DNA of 64,000 nucleotides from Trichoplax adhaerens. Lineage: Eukaryota; Animalia; Placozoa. The stretch lies in NCBI RefSeq assembly GCF_000150275.1, contig NW_002060979.1, positions 32,612 through 96,611 on the forward strand, given 5' to 3'. This document shows, piece after piece, positions 51,733-64,000 of the stretch (its first letter is position 1; every line of letters starts with the position of its first letter). The translations under genes and the position numbers were made by a program. The notes beneath the pieces are model-generated. The model had not been told where the DNA came from, searched no databases, and was given only the letters and a program-made list of their open reading frames with translations.

Positions 51733-54700
51733 AACTGATTATTTCTATTATTTATAAAGCCAGCGTTCAATAAATATCGATAGCACGTATTGTATGTATA
51801 ATAAATAAGTGGAACTACTGATATTTGAGAATGACGTCAAATATTAAAGTTACACGAAAATTCTTATTTAGGTATTCGCCAGTAAATTGCCTACCTACAA
51901 TGCTAACAGTCTAGTTTATGCAACAACTTGGAAGATAGCAATGAATTATATGTATATCTGTTTATTTATGTGTCGTAGTTATTTCTAATACTGTAGTCTG
52001 TGCAGTAGAGGTATCGTTCATCATTTTATTTCAGTGATTCGAATTTGATTAATAATTTAATAATTATAATTAATAAGCAACGATTCTATCTTGTAACATT
52101 GTACGTAGTTAGTTTCTGTAATTACTAGTTAAATATTGAAAGGTATTGAACTCGTGCAATATGAAGCCAAGCTAGCACGCTAGATGTCAAGGAACCGATA
52201 TGATATTAATATTATTGTTAAATATCGAGATTGCTAGTATAATAATAGTAAAATATACTGCTTTAGCAATCATACAGAATTAGCACCTAAAAAAGCAACA
52301 TACTATAGTATTCAAATTATGACATCCGCAGCATACAGTGCACGAAGACAATAGAGCAGTACATGACTTACACTATTTACTACAATTGCTGAATTTATTT
52401 CTAGATCTCCATATTGTTATGATCGCAGCCTTATCGAGGTTGACCAAGGACTAACATAGGCTCAAAAGGTAAAATTTTGCAAGTAAAGCTGCGTCATCAG
52501 TTCTGTCTACAGCATCTAGCTCCCAATAGGTAATTGATTGATTATATCAACAGAAATACTCGTATTGTATATCCCATTTTCCCTTCGATGTTGTATTATA
52601 GAGTACTGTCCACAAGACGAAAGATTCTGGGTCGTGTTTGCCAGTCTGTCATTTTCTACCATCTCTCTACTGTACAAGCTCATTTTAGTTATTTCTATCG
52701 TGAATAGCTAAATCCTTTGTCGACTATTATTTATTTTGGACGTCACATCACGAAAGGATCACGAAATTTTGGTAGTTTACGTACACTGGAGACTAGTGTG
52801 CAGACTATTAAAAACGGTTGATCCGGTTGCACAATGCACATGCGATAGCTCGTTTGAGCTAACTTGCAAACATTTGGCGATGATTAATAAATGTCCACTA
52901 CAATAGCTCCTGCTGCAACTGCAGAAAGTAGAGCTCATCAATTTTAAACCAGAACTCCTTTCTATACAGTCAAACTAGAGGCATAGATAGAAAAAAAAAC
53001 ACGAGAATATTTACCTGTGCTAGTTATTCGTTGCTAAAAGAGCGAACATATCCAACGTTAGCTTTCCTTCGAGATGTTTTGGTTTCTTCTCTCATCACAT
53101 GCAGCAAGCCAGCTCAGTTTACGAATTCAGTACAGTACTCTACCGTCAGTACCGTATGGCCACGGTACTGTACACTGTAATCCTGTTCATACTGTACTCT
53201 ACACTGTACAGTGTACAGTATATTCCTGGACCATTCGCTGAACTTTGAACTGTGCGGAGCAAGCCTGAAACTTGTTCTCTTTAACATGGTGGCGGTAAAT
53301 TGCCTAGGGGATCCTTCATCATCGCTGTTGATTTTGTTGCATTTGCAACAGTAATGGTGTTCAAGATTGCATTATGTCCCGTAGGTTAGATAGCATGCTG
53401 TTGAACATGCAATATATTACAGCATCGGGTACTATGGGATGGTTTTTTTCCGCCTGATCTGGTAAAAGAGGCAAGGAGAAAAGTGACAGAGATAGTAATT
53501 TGCAAAAATTGCCTACATGAGTGTGAGCACTTTTCAGTACTGTATATGCGGACTGAGGGATCGGCTAGTTATAATAATAATTGTTAATTGATGGACTTGT
53601 ATCATGCATCGGACGTGTTTGATCAAATGGGATAATTTAATAATTGAAATCATGCTATGGACTTGCTTAGTCAAAATTGGACAATTCCTGTAAATTCCAT
53701 TGTAAGATTGAACACTTGAGCCAATCTCCTTAAATCATTCATCGGACAGCACCTTACCAAGTAATGGCCATGGTTTCACTATTAGTCTATTAGTAGGTTA
53801 GAAGTATTATCACAATACAAGCAGAATTTTAATATGATATGAAATTCATATATTCGAACAAACTATATTACCGTTTGACTGATATACCATTGCATCTCCT
53901 AGAAAATGCTTTCAAAAGATTTAAATTACGCGTAGATTGTCAATAGATTTAGATATTTAGTGGCTGTAATGTGTAATACTAATGGTTTTACTTACTAAAG
54001 GTCATCCTCTCGTTGACAGCGAACAGCTAAATGGCTAAGAAATTTCGTTCGGCCAGTTAGCCGATTAACTAGCTAAAAAAATACTTGTCAACAAACACCG
54101 GAAAGTGACAAGGTTCGACTAGCTGTAAAAAGGTTTAATTAGTCTCACTCATGTCTCTCATGATGTTAACTGGTATACTAAATCTTGCAATGATTTGTAG
54201 TGTCAGATAAAAAAGGACACTTTGGAATTGTACAAAATACCATCTACCCGAGCAGAAATCGGCAATTTCTATACCACAGTGTATTATTGCAGCGAAAGAG
54301 CAACATCACTATTAAGATCCCTACCACATCCTATACAGCAAAACATTCAGTATTTCATATATCTATTCTACTTGAAATCGTAGTTGTAGAATCTCAACAT
54401 TGACACTAAAATAAACTCAAATCACAACACGTATGAATCAGTACAGCACTGTACTAATGTATTTTTTTTTTTTTATTTTCCTCAACGTTTTTACTATTTG
54501 GTTCTGTATGAAAAGAATCACAATTTATCAGGATTAATAGATAAATTAATGAAATAATGCAATTATTGATTAAACCCTAGTATATACATATTATATGTCT
54601 ATGTACGTATATCACCATCGTTGCAGCTCAGATATCATGAAGCCGAGAATTTCTATTCTATTCATCTGCAAATACTGCAATATCAGTATTACAAAATGTA

Positions 54701-55044
54701 AAATATATCACGTTTGTGTAAATCTTGGTATGTTATTTATAAGCAAAGTAAAATATCGCTGCCTAGTGAGTGATCAGTAGTCTTAAATTTAAAAATGCTG
54801 TATCAGTGTTATAAAACTGCATACAGCTATGGAATACTGGAAAAAGAATCGATTTTAATCTTGATTCTTTTTCCAGTAGTCCTTGATACAGAACATATTT
54901 TACAGTGATTATATTGTAAATATTTGTTGTATAATTAATTGAACAAAATTGAGCTAGCAGTGTAGTATACTTAATCATGCATACAGCACAGTCAATGCAA
55001 AACTAAAAAAAGTGTAATACAAATCCAGCACAATCATACTGCAT

Positions 55045-56023
55045 TTAATTTTTCTTCACCAAAGTAACACCATCACACACAGTCAAGACCACAAATGTAA
55101 TGCGACTATCATCTTTGACATGGTTATTGAATTCGCGAATAGACGTTAAAGTAGTACTTGTAATTGATTCATCTCCTACTTGACCACTCCATAATGTGTT
55201 ATCGATAGCAATAACACCACCTTTCCTGATTAATTGCAATGATTTTTCGTAATAGTTGATGTAATTGCTTTTATCTGCATCTATAAAGATAAAATCGTAA
55301 CTATCCAATTCGTTATTTGCAATTAACTGATCGAGACTTTCGAGTGCTAATCCAATTTTAATGTCGATTTTGTGATCGACGTTAGCTTCTTTCCAGAACG
55401 GCCTGCCAATATTAACATACTCTTCACTGACGTCTAAGCCAACTATTTTGGCGTCATCAGGTAGAGCAAATGCCATGCCAAGTGTAGTCAATCCTGTAAA
55501 AACGCCTATCAATCCAATATACAGAAGATTACTTAGCAATACTGTTCTTTGACGATATCATACAATAACTGTACTCTACAATACTGCTACTAAAACCATG
55601 TTAAAGAGAATTTAAGGTCATGATAGCAACAGATACAAGTTTCAATTTTAGACCTGTCAATATCAAGTATGACAAGATTGAAGTGCACTTGCGAGACTAC
55701 TGTCTATTAGACTTGTTTGTTTTAGCTGTTTCTAGCCCACTTTCTGTCGATAGTCTAAAAACGGGGCGAAGTGTTCATTTCAATCAAATGACTATCCCTA
55801 TCACGGAATTATTCAAGATAAATCCTTTACCGATTTCTATGACCTTCTTAGCTTGGATTAAAGGTAGCAAAAACTGAAAGAAAGCCACTTCATCAGCGGA
55901 GGCAGCCATTTTCCGCATAGGATGTTTAATTGTTTCATCGAGTAATTTCTGTGATATAGGGTGAATACGATAGCCATTCTTTAATACGTATTTATAAAAT
56001 GAACAATCTGATGGAAATAGCAT
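55045..56023 (-). CDS. O-methyltransferase 2 (COMTD1/CCoAOMT-like), 217 aa; exons 56023-55831 and 55505-55045
   Basis: VIEIG|VFTGLT, YDFIFIDADK and AIDNTLWSG; same intron as OMT1. Confidence 0.95.
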
Positions 56024-56484
56024 TTTCGGTCGATGTGGATAACTGGAAAGCTTTACTATATCCCTGTTTTGCGAATAATGTACACTTGTACAGTAGTTGG
56101 CGACTTGGTGTTGATGGAGCTGAAAACTGCATTCGTTGAGCCGGATTGCGAACAGTCAGTTGATATACATCCTTCGTCAATCTTTGTTCTACAAACTGTA
56201 TCCAATCAGGCAGCTGCTGTGAAAGAAGGAAGCCCTAGGGGGATATAGTACCACCAAATAAAATCAATCAATCAATCAATAATAGTAAAAACAACCTTTA
56301 CTGTTCTGAGCACAGCGGAAGACGCAGTATTAAGAAGCCCCTGACTACGCGCTATCATTAGCATAGAATACTAGGTACAGTGATAGATAGCACAAATGTC
56401 CATGATTGCGGACATCTTTCGTAGTCTATGACCGAGTCTGTGCGTAGTCCAGGAATGAAAACATAAAATCGACGTTTACGAATG

Positions 56485-56842
56485 GTGCAATGCGGCTCAT
56501 AGAGGTACAAGAAATTTTTCCTTTTTACCTCTATGATGCAGTGCAGCTCAAAGAGGCACAAGGAATTTTCCCTTTTTACCTCTATGATGCAGTGCAGCTC
56601 AAAGAGGCACAAGGAATTTTCCCTTTTTACCTCTATGATGCAGTGCAGCTCATAGAGGTATAAGGAATTTTCCTTTTTACCTCTATGATGCAGTGCAGCT
56701 TATAGAGGCACAAGGAATTTTTCCTTTTTACCTCTATGATGCAGTGCAGCTCATAGAGGTACAAGGAATCTTTCCCTTTTTACCTCTATGATGCAGTGCA
56801 GCTCATAGAGGTACAGGGAATTTTTCCCTTGTACCTCGATGG
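56485..56842. repeat. ~51-bp palindromic minisatellite, about 7 units
   Basis: Unit tacctctatga-tgcagtgcagc-tcatagaggta-caaggaa-ttt-tccttt; no unique spacers. Confidence 0.95.
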
Positions 56843-58717
56843 TCCATCTACTGAGTTAATGACAATTTTTCCGATTAAAACTTGGGAATCAAGAAATTTG
56901 CTTTTGAGATATTATTAGAGTACTCTTGGATATTCGGACAACTGGACCTCCTATCCTCAAAAATGGGGAAAGCGAGGTTGCCGGCCAGACCTGCTGTAAC
57001 TAACAGTAATATAAAGTAGTCATGGTGTAGTACTGCACTTAATGCTCTGGGTAGACCTCTTCCTTCCACACAAACCTTTCGTCCCTAGGCGGCATCTTTT
57101 GGTGAAAAAGGTAAGATCAAGTAAAATTATTCATTCTATTCTTACCGCAAGTTAAGGCCAAATTACAGAAAATTAGTATTATCACTGCCGACACGATGAT
57201 AATGATCATTGTATCAGCTTCGATAGAGAGGATAATAAATTATCAACAATGTTAACAAATGGAGTGTAAATTGAGAACAAGTTTTGCAACAGTCAAGTCA
57301 TTGACCAATTTAGAGATCGATTAATCGTTCAATTTACTGCATATATGTTACGGTGAACGTATAGGATAACCGACAAGATGGTGAACGAATAGGCTGACCG
57401 GTTATTCTATACGATTACCGATTTCTACACTAACCCTAACATATCCAGTGCAGCAGGTAGCGAATGAGTAAAATCATATTGTAGCGCCACTAGCCATTGA
57501 TGGTAATTTTGATTACAGTAACATCACAAGGCGGCAATCCTGGCTGACTACATTATTGCGTAGGGTGATAATAAATGCTTAATACAGCATAGTATCATAA
57601 AGGTTCTAAATATTTTAAATCTCATATGTTGATGACAAGTCTAGTCGACGTAGGACAATTGATAATAATAATTAACATAATTATATGTAATGTCGATGCA
57701 AATGCAACGATCATACATGTACATCTCTACCAAGAACTACTGAAAGGAAAGGAAAAAAAGGGTGACTTAAAACGGCTGTTAGTACAAAATAATGGGGAGG
57801 CCTATCATTTTTCCGGCCATTCTACTATACGGTACTAATGAAACTACACAAAACCAACCTTGCAGCTGATTTGAATGTCAATTTGCGGACAGGATAGTAT
57901 GCCGACATGCGGTACAATTGAAATGACCAGTAAAATAATCGGCCTCCACATTATTAGTATAGTCAACGCTTGTTTTACGCCCTTTTTCTTTCATATTAGC
58001 AACCCCTGATCTATAGGTACGTAGAAATAGCATCTGATAATCTTGAGAAGTTGAGACTCCACAATACTCGTAAAAACAAACAGTTGCAAATCACCACCGA
58101 CAAAGGCAAGATAGACTTTATCTATCGGTAAATTGCACCAACATTTGAATTAATTCTCTGTACTGTATAACAGTAATTACCTTATGAGTGTTTATAGAAC
58201 CTAAAAAAAGTGGATGGGACTAAAGTTTGTCGTTGTCCAAATACATAAACCACTTCTGGCAGATTTAGTTCGGTAGCAATGTCTGCAGTAAAGTATTATT
58301 TACACTTAATAATCACAAGATTTACTTTATATCCTTACCAGTCATCATTTTCACAGTATGATACAAGAAAAAATTCTAAAATACGCGTACATAGCATCAA
58401 AAAGAAGTCTATGTTATCATGGTGTTATTCATAGGATGCAATCGATAGTTTCTTTTTTCCGATACGTAAGACAAGGCTTGATGCTTTATGTCAAAGTCTC
58501 TGAAGATACTTAACAACAACTGTATTCAGCATACTACAGCACCTGCAATTGCAATTATCATAATTACTGTGTAATTATAGACATCATTAGAGTGTTAAAC
58601 ATACAACTGTAATTTACTGGCAAATTATCGCGTAATCCTTGTGCAACGTGTTCTGTTATTATAGAAAAATATAGGTTGCGAAGCTCGATTAACCGTATAT
58701 TCCAAGGAAATTTCGAA

Positions 58718-60121
58718 ATGATAATCCCTCCTGAATCTCCAATTTATCAGTATGTATTGAAGTATGGCTTCCGAAAGCATCCAGTGTTGCAACGCTTATG
58801 TGACAAATCAGCCGACCATCCACTGGCAATCATGGCTGCAACACCAGATGAAGTTTCCATGATGCAGTTTCTATTGCAATTGATTCATGCAAAGAAGGTT
58901 TTAGAAATCGGTAAGAATACTTGCACTGACTTCATTTATAGATTGTAATTTGCAAGTTGAAATCAGTAAAGTTTCCAATGACTTACTTTCGAGCACATAT
59001 TAGCCTACGTAAAATGGCTACGGCAAAGAGTTTTATAACGCAATCTTTGATCCTGTGTAGTATTCGCTTAATAACTTATATTTGCATAGTTCAATAAAGC
59101 TGTTACGTATGATGCTCGTATTTTACATATTTTGCTAAGGGATTGCTTATCAACGCATTAGAATAAAAATACCTCTGATAATTTTACTATCCTTTAATCT
59201 TCAATGCCGCATGTTAAAATAACCATCTTAGTGGCTTTAGTCTAGGCTAAATTGTTTACCTGTGAAGATAGTCTTGAAATTTGCTTGCTAATATCCTAAA
59301 ATAACATACTTATCTAAAATTGTGACTATTAGATGCTCATTATTTGAGATTAATGTAATTTACGTAGTGAGTGTATTGAGACTGTGCTAAGTGTGATATA
59401 TCTCCTTTTAACACAAGTTAATATCCCTTGCCAAATATTCCTACTACAATAAGCTTCCTTCTACGGCATCATGATGTTGTAGTATTTGATGATGACTATT
59501 AATATCCCAGTATAATCACGATGATTTCAAAGCTTTGTTAAATTGTATGAAATACAAGTATGTTGCGTTTTATCGGCAATGGATATTGTGCTTCACTGAC
59601 AAACACATATTTTCAGGCGAATATAATAGCTTTCTCTTGATTACTTTACAATACGTATAGGTGTGTTTACTGGATACACTACACTTGGAATGGCTCTTGC
59701 TTTACCTAGTGATGGTAAAGTAATTGGCTTAGACATTAGCAATGAATTTGTTGATATTGGCAGACCGTTCTGGAAGGAAGCTGGTGTTGATCACAAAATC
59801 GATATAAGAATTCGACCAGCTCTTGAAAGCATGGACCAAATGCTTGGCAATAATGAATCTGGTACCTTCGATTTCATATTTATCGATGCAGATAAACCCA
59901 ATTATATTAACTACTATGAAAAATCACTGCAGTTATTAAGAAAAGATGGTATTATTGCTATCGACAACACAATATGGGGAGGTCGTGTAGCAGATGAGTC
60001 TATTAACGATGGCAGTACTACAACCATTCGTAAATTAAATAGTATCATCAAAGACGATGAACGTGTTGAATTTGTCTTGTTAACCGTATCAGATGGTGTA
60101 ACTTTGATTCGAAAAAAATAG
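58718..60121 (+). CDS. O-methyltransferase 3 (COMTD1/CCoAOMT-like), 217 aa; exons 58718-58910 and 59661-60121
   Basis: VLEIG|VFTGYT, FDFIFIDADK and AIDNTIWGG; same intron. Confidence 0.95.
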
Positions 60122-60572
60122 ACTATGCTACCTTATTGTCATATCTATGATATCTAAACTAACAATTGATTGCGTTACCAAGAATAATACTAACTGATGA
60201 TGATGATATACTGGAAACGCTCATTAAAATTATACTGTTAGTATTATTTCTTGTTCAATTCATTTTGTGTTAAAGCCAGAAAGACGCTAAACTATCACTA
60301 TACTGTACGTATAATGTCTAGTAATCTACTGACACAAAATAAATACGGTGCCGCATTGGTAATTGACCACAATATTGAACCAGCAGCCTTTACCGTAGTA
60401 ACTGTAAGTATACTATAGATCATTAGGCTCATAGCTTCATGTTTTCATGCTTTTACTCATTCATAGATGTAATGTAATGTTAGTGGCAATTCACGAAATG
60501 TTTATGCCTGAAAAAACTACATGATGAAGAGATAGCATTTCTTCATAGTCTGCATAATTCATTGTGAAGAAC

Positions 60573-61153
60573 TGTTACGGCTATAGCACTTTATTATAAA
60601 AAACATCTCATAGAAAATGATGCAACGAGTAACGGACTCTTCCTGTGAGCTGGTTGATCTATAATTATAACAATAACTAAATATACAGTATATGTACAAT
60701 TTGTACATGCGTCGATATTTACATGTCTATAAGATACGTGTACGTTACATCTATGTTAATATATTCAAAAAATATTACATTGGAAACCAAGCAGGCCTGA
60801 GATAATTTAGTCAATATTAATTTATTTTAGCATTTTATAATTTCATGGAGGTGTCCCATGGACATAATGCTAATATTACATTAATTATAGTTACTATGGT
60901 TAGATTTATTTAATAGACAAGTCTAATAGAATATCATGCTTTTTTAATTCTTATTTCAGGGACATTTCCCATAACGATGTATATATGTTAAGGATTGACC
61001 TTAACATATATACACTCGTGATACAATTCCATTATGTTATTTACGCGTATTCCAGTCTATGCTGTATACGTATATATTTTATTACAGGGACGTAATATGT
61101 AGCAAATGAGTTTACTTACAGTAATTACCTTAGAGTGGCAAGGCACCGTAACA
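60573..61153 (-). mobile_element. Solo-LTR-like (or MITE-like) element, ~580 bp
   Basis: Termini TGTTACGG...CCGTAACA (8-bp inverted repeat, TG..CA), AATAAA close to the minus-strand 3' end, and an internal 16-bp perfect hairpin at 60978-61014. No target-site duplication. Confidence 0.55.
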
Positions 61154-61217
61154 GGTGAATACGATAGCCATTCTTTAATACATATTTATAAAATGAACAA
61201 TCTGATGGGAATAGCAT
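61154..61217 (-). pseudogene. Truncated copy of OMT2 (first 21 codons)
   Basis: Encodes MLFPSDCSFYKYVLKNGYRIH, the same as OMT2, then is cut by the element end at 61153. Confidence 0.9.
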
Positions 61218-64000
61218 TTTCGGTCTATGTGAATAGCTGGAAAGCTTTACTGTATCACTAATTGGTAAATAATGTAGTTGGCTACTGTACTAGGTGTTGA
61301 TAGGGCTGAGAACTGGATTCGTTGAGCCGGATTGCGATCGGTCAGTCGATACGCCCTTCGTCAATCTTCGTTCTACAAACTGTATCCAATCAAGCAGCTG
61401 CTGTGAAAGAAGGAAACCCTAGAGGGATACAGTACCGTGCAATAAAATCAATAAATAATAGTAAAAGAACCTTGGCTGTTCTGAGCACAGCAGAAGATGC
61501 CGTAGTAAGAAGCCCCTGACTAGGCGCTATTATTAGCACTTACAGTACACGTCTTACTAGGTACGGTGATAGATAGAGGCCCTGCGAGAATCTGTGATAG
61601 ATGTACAATTTTCGATGATGGCCGGACATATTTAGTAATCCTATGACTGAGTATGTGCGTAGTCTACGAATGAAAACGTAAAATCGACGTTTACTAATGG
61701 TGCAGTGCAGCTCATAGAGGTGCAAGGAATTTTTCCTTTTACCTCTACTAGCTCATTCCCCGCCACCTTGCAGGCGATTGTACTGTTAACACGTTTACCA
61801 TTATTGAACATTACTCTTAATTTTAATAATAACTTCATAATCGCAGAATGCTATTTCTAATCACAACCAAATTTTACCCCGGGTTGCCGTTTGCGCTAAT
61901 TCAATACTGTACTATCTAGTCTCTGTTTCTTGTCTAAAGTCATCCTTTGTTAATGCCATTTTTTTGTCATAGAAAGCATGAAGCATGCGGTAAACGCTTT
62001 AATTATATAACGAAGGAAGGTGCAGCTACGGAGTGGATGGAAATTTTTTCCGCGTAAACTTGGAATCAGAAATTTGCTTTTGAGATATTATTTTTTTTAA
62101 CGTTCTCTTGGACAGTCGGACAATTGGACCTCATCTTGTCCAATGGTTAACAGCAACATACAGTAGTCATGATTAGTCATGTAGTCCTCTGGGTATACTG
62201 TATCTCTTCATTCCGTACAACCTTTCTACGTGTCCCTAGGCGGTATCTATTGGTGAAAAAAAAAAAGTAAGATCAAGTAAACATTATTCATTATATTCTT
62301 ACTGCAAATTAAGGCTAAATTGTAGAAAATTAGTACTGTCACTACCGACACTACGATAATGATAATTATCATTGTATCAGCTTAGATAGCGTGATCGAGA
62401 GGATAATGAACTATTATCCCATGTTAACAAATGGACTATAAATAGAGAACAGGTTGTGCAGTAGTCAACCCGCTGACCAATTTGGAGATCGACTAATGTA
62501 TAACACTGTACAGTAGATATATACAGCAGGCAGTGAATGAGGAAAATCATATTGCAACGCCACTATCAATTCAAAGTAATATTAATTACAGTAATATATC
62601 ACAAGGCAAAACAATTGCCTGGTTGGCTATATTATTGCAAATGCATATTGAGAGTGATTACTGTACAGTATTGTATACTGTAATTAGAAGTTCTCAATAT
62701 TTAGATATCATACTCTTACTTAGATATCTTAGATATCATACTCTTACTCTTTAAATAATCGCCTTGAAATTGGAGGTACAGACTCCTAGAATAATATATC
62801 ATCGTCTAAGCTATTTACGCTTAGTATCTGAGTAATCGGGGTTATTATGGCTGGGCCTACTGTACCGCACTGTATACTGTAATTAGAAGTTCTAAATATT
62901 TAGATATCATATACGTTGATGACAAGTCTAGTCGACGTATGACAATTAATAATTAATAATTATATGTAATGTCGATGCAAATGCAACTACCATACATCTC
63001 TACCTACGACTATTAAAAGGAAAAAAAGAGGGACGTAAAACGGCCGTCAGTACAAAATCATGTGGAGACTTATCATTTTTCCGGCCAATCTACAATTCGG
63101 TATTAATGAAACCGTATACCATACTGCACAAAACCAACTTAGCAGCTAATTTGAATGTTAATTTGCGGGCAGGATAGTGTGCCTTTGCAGACATGCGATA
63201 CAGTTGAAATAACTAGTAAAATAATCAGCCTCTATAGTCAACAATTGTTTTACGCCCCTCTTTCATTTCAGTTTAGTAGTCCCTAATCTATATGGACGTA
63301 TAAATAGCATTAGAAAATCTTGAGAGGTGGAGACCACTATACTCGTAAAAACGAATAATTACAAATCGCTACCTACAAAGGCAAGATAGACTTTATACTG
63401 TACGGAGTATAGGAGTAAATTGCATCAACATCTGAAGTAATCAATTCACTATACTGTATGATGGCAATTAGCTTATTAGCGTTTATAGAACTTTAAAAGA
63501 AGTGGATGGGATTAAAGTTTATCGTTCTGAAGGCAATACTGTATACTGTGCGTGGAGAAGTATGGTATATGTCACTTTCGGCAGATTTGGCACAATAGTA
63601 ATGTCAGCAGTAAAGTACTATTTTGCAGTTAATAATCGTAAAATTGATTCCATATCCTTTACCAGTCATGTTTATTACACTATGATACAAGAAAAATTCT
63701 AAAATATGCATATATAGCATCAAAAAGAAGCGTGTATGGGTTATCGTGGTGTTATTTATAGGATAATACTGATAATTTCATTTTTCTGATATGTAAAACA
63801 AGGCCTGATATTTTATCACAAACTCTCTGAAGATACTTAACAACAACTGTATTCAGCATACTACAGCACCTGCAATTGCAATTATGATAACTACTGTAAA
63901 ATTATAGACGTGATTACATTATCAGACATACAACTGTAATTTACTGGAAAATTATTGCATAATCCTTATGCGACATACTTCTGTTGTGTAGAAAAAGACA
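61154..64000 (+). repeat. Segmental duplication of ~55960-58670 (OMT2 5' end and OMT2/OMT3 intergenic region)
   Basis: Collinear high similarity throughout, e.g. aacaacaactgtattcagcatactacagcacctgcaattgcaattat at ~58512 and ~63839. Confidence 0.95.

Noticed and set aside
56033-56612. Small ORFs upstream of OMT2 and their copies at 61322-61838
   Set aside because: Products of the minisatellite and the segmental duplication; frames are not maintained between copies.
56485-56842. CRISPR-like array of palindromic repeats
   Set aside because: Units are contiguous with no unique spacers, there are no cas genes, and the context is eukaryotic.
43032-60121. Bacterial contamination or recent HGT of the O-methyltransferases
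   Set aside because: All have a shared spliceosomal intron and are interleaved with NEDD1 and XPC; COMTD1-like genes are normal in animals.

Overview
AT-rich eukaryotic scaffold with short GT-AG introns and four N-gaps. Gene content and style point to a placozoan (Trichoplax-like); this is inference, not a database result. Left to right: a disrupted Roco/ROC GTPase fragment; two minus-strand secreted peptide precursor genes that the ORF track misses or mistranslates; a UDP-glycosyltransferase with a head-to-head pseudogene and a third deleted remnant; a large EGF/SRCR/SEA/Ig single-pass receptor; NEDD1; an intronless Tpt1/KptA-like gene; XPC/Rad4; and three intact two-exon COMTD1/CCoAOMT-like O-methyltransferases. 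The last two methyltransferases flank a region that is duplicated at the right end, where the copy begins exactly at a solo-LTR/MITE-like element. The best candidate for a little-described system is the peptide pair: signal peptide, acidic propiece, phase-0 intron, then a Trp/poly-Arg cationic peptide with a Gly-basic amidation signal. Gene 1 ends WW-R13-HHWRRYARIGFRAVRTVIGK. Gene 2 ends ALWG-R8-APAPAPKPRRPIIFHFYRRRQIFVYGKKR and has one in-frame TAG. All splicing and translation beyond the ORF track was done by eye; repeat boundaries are approximate.
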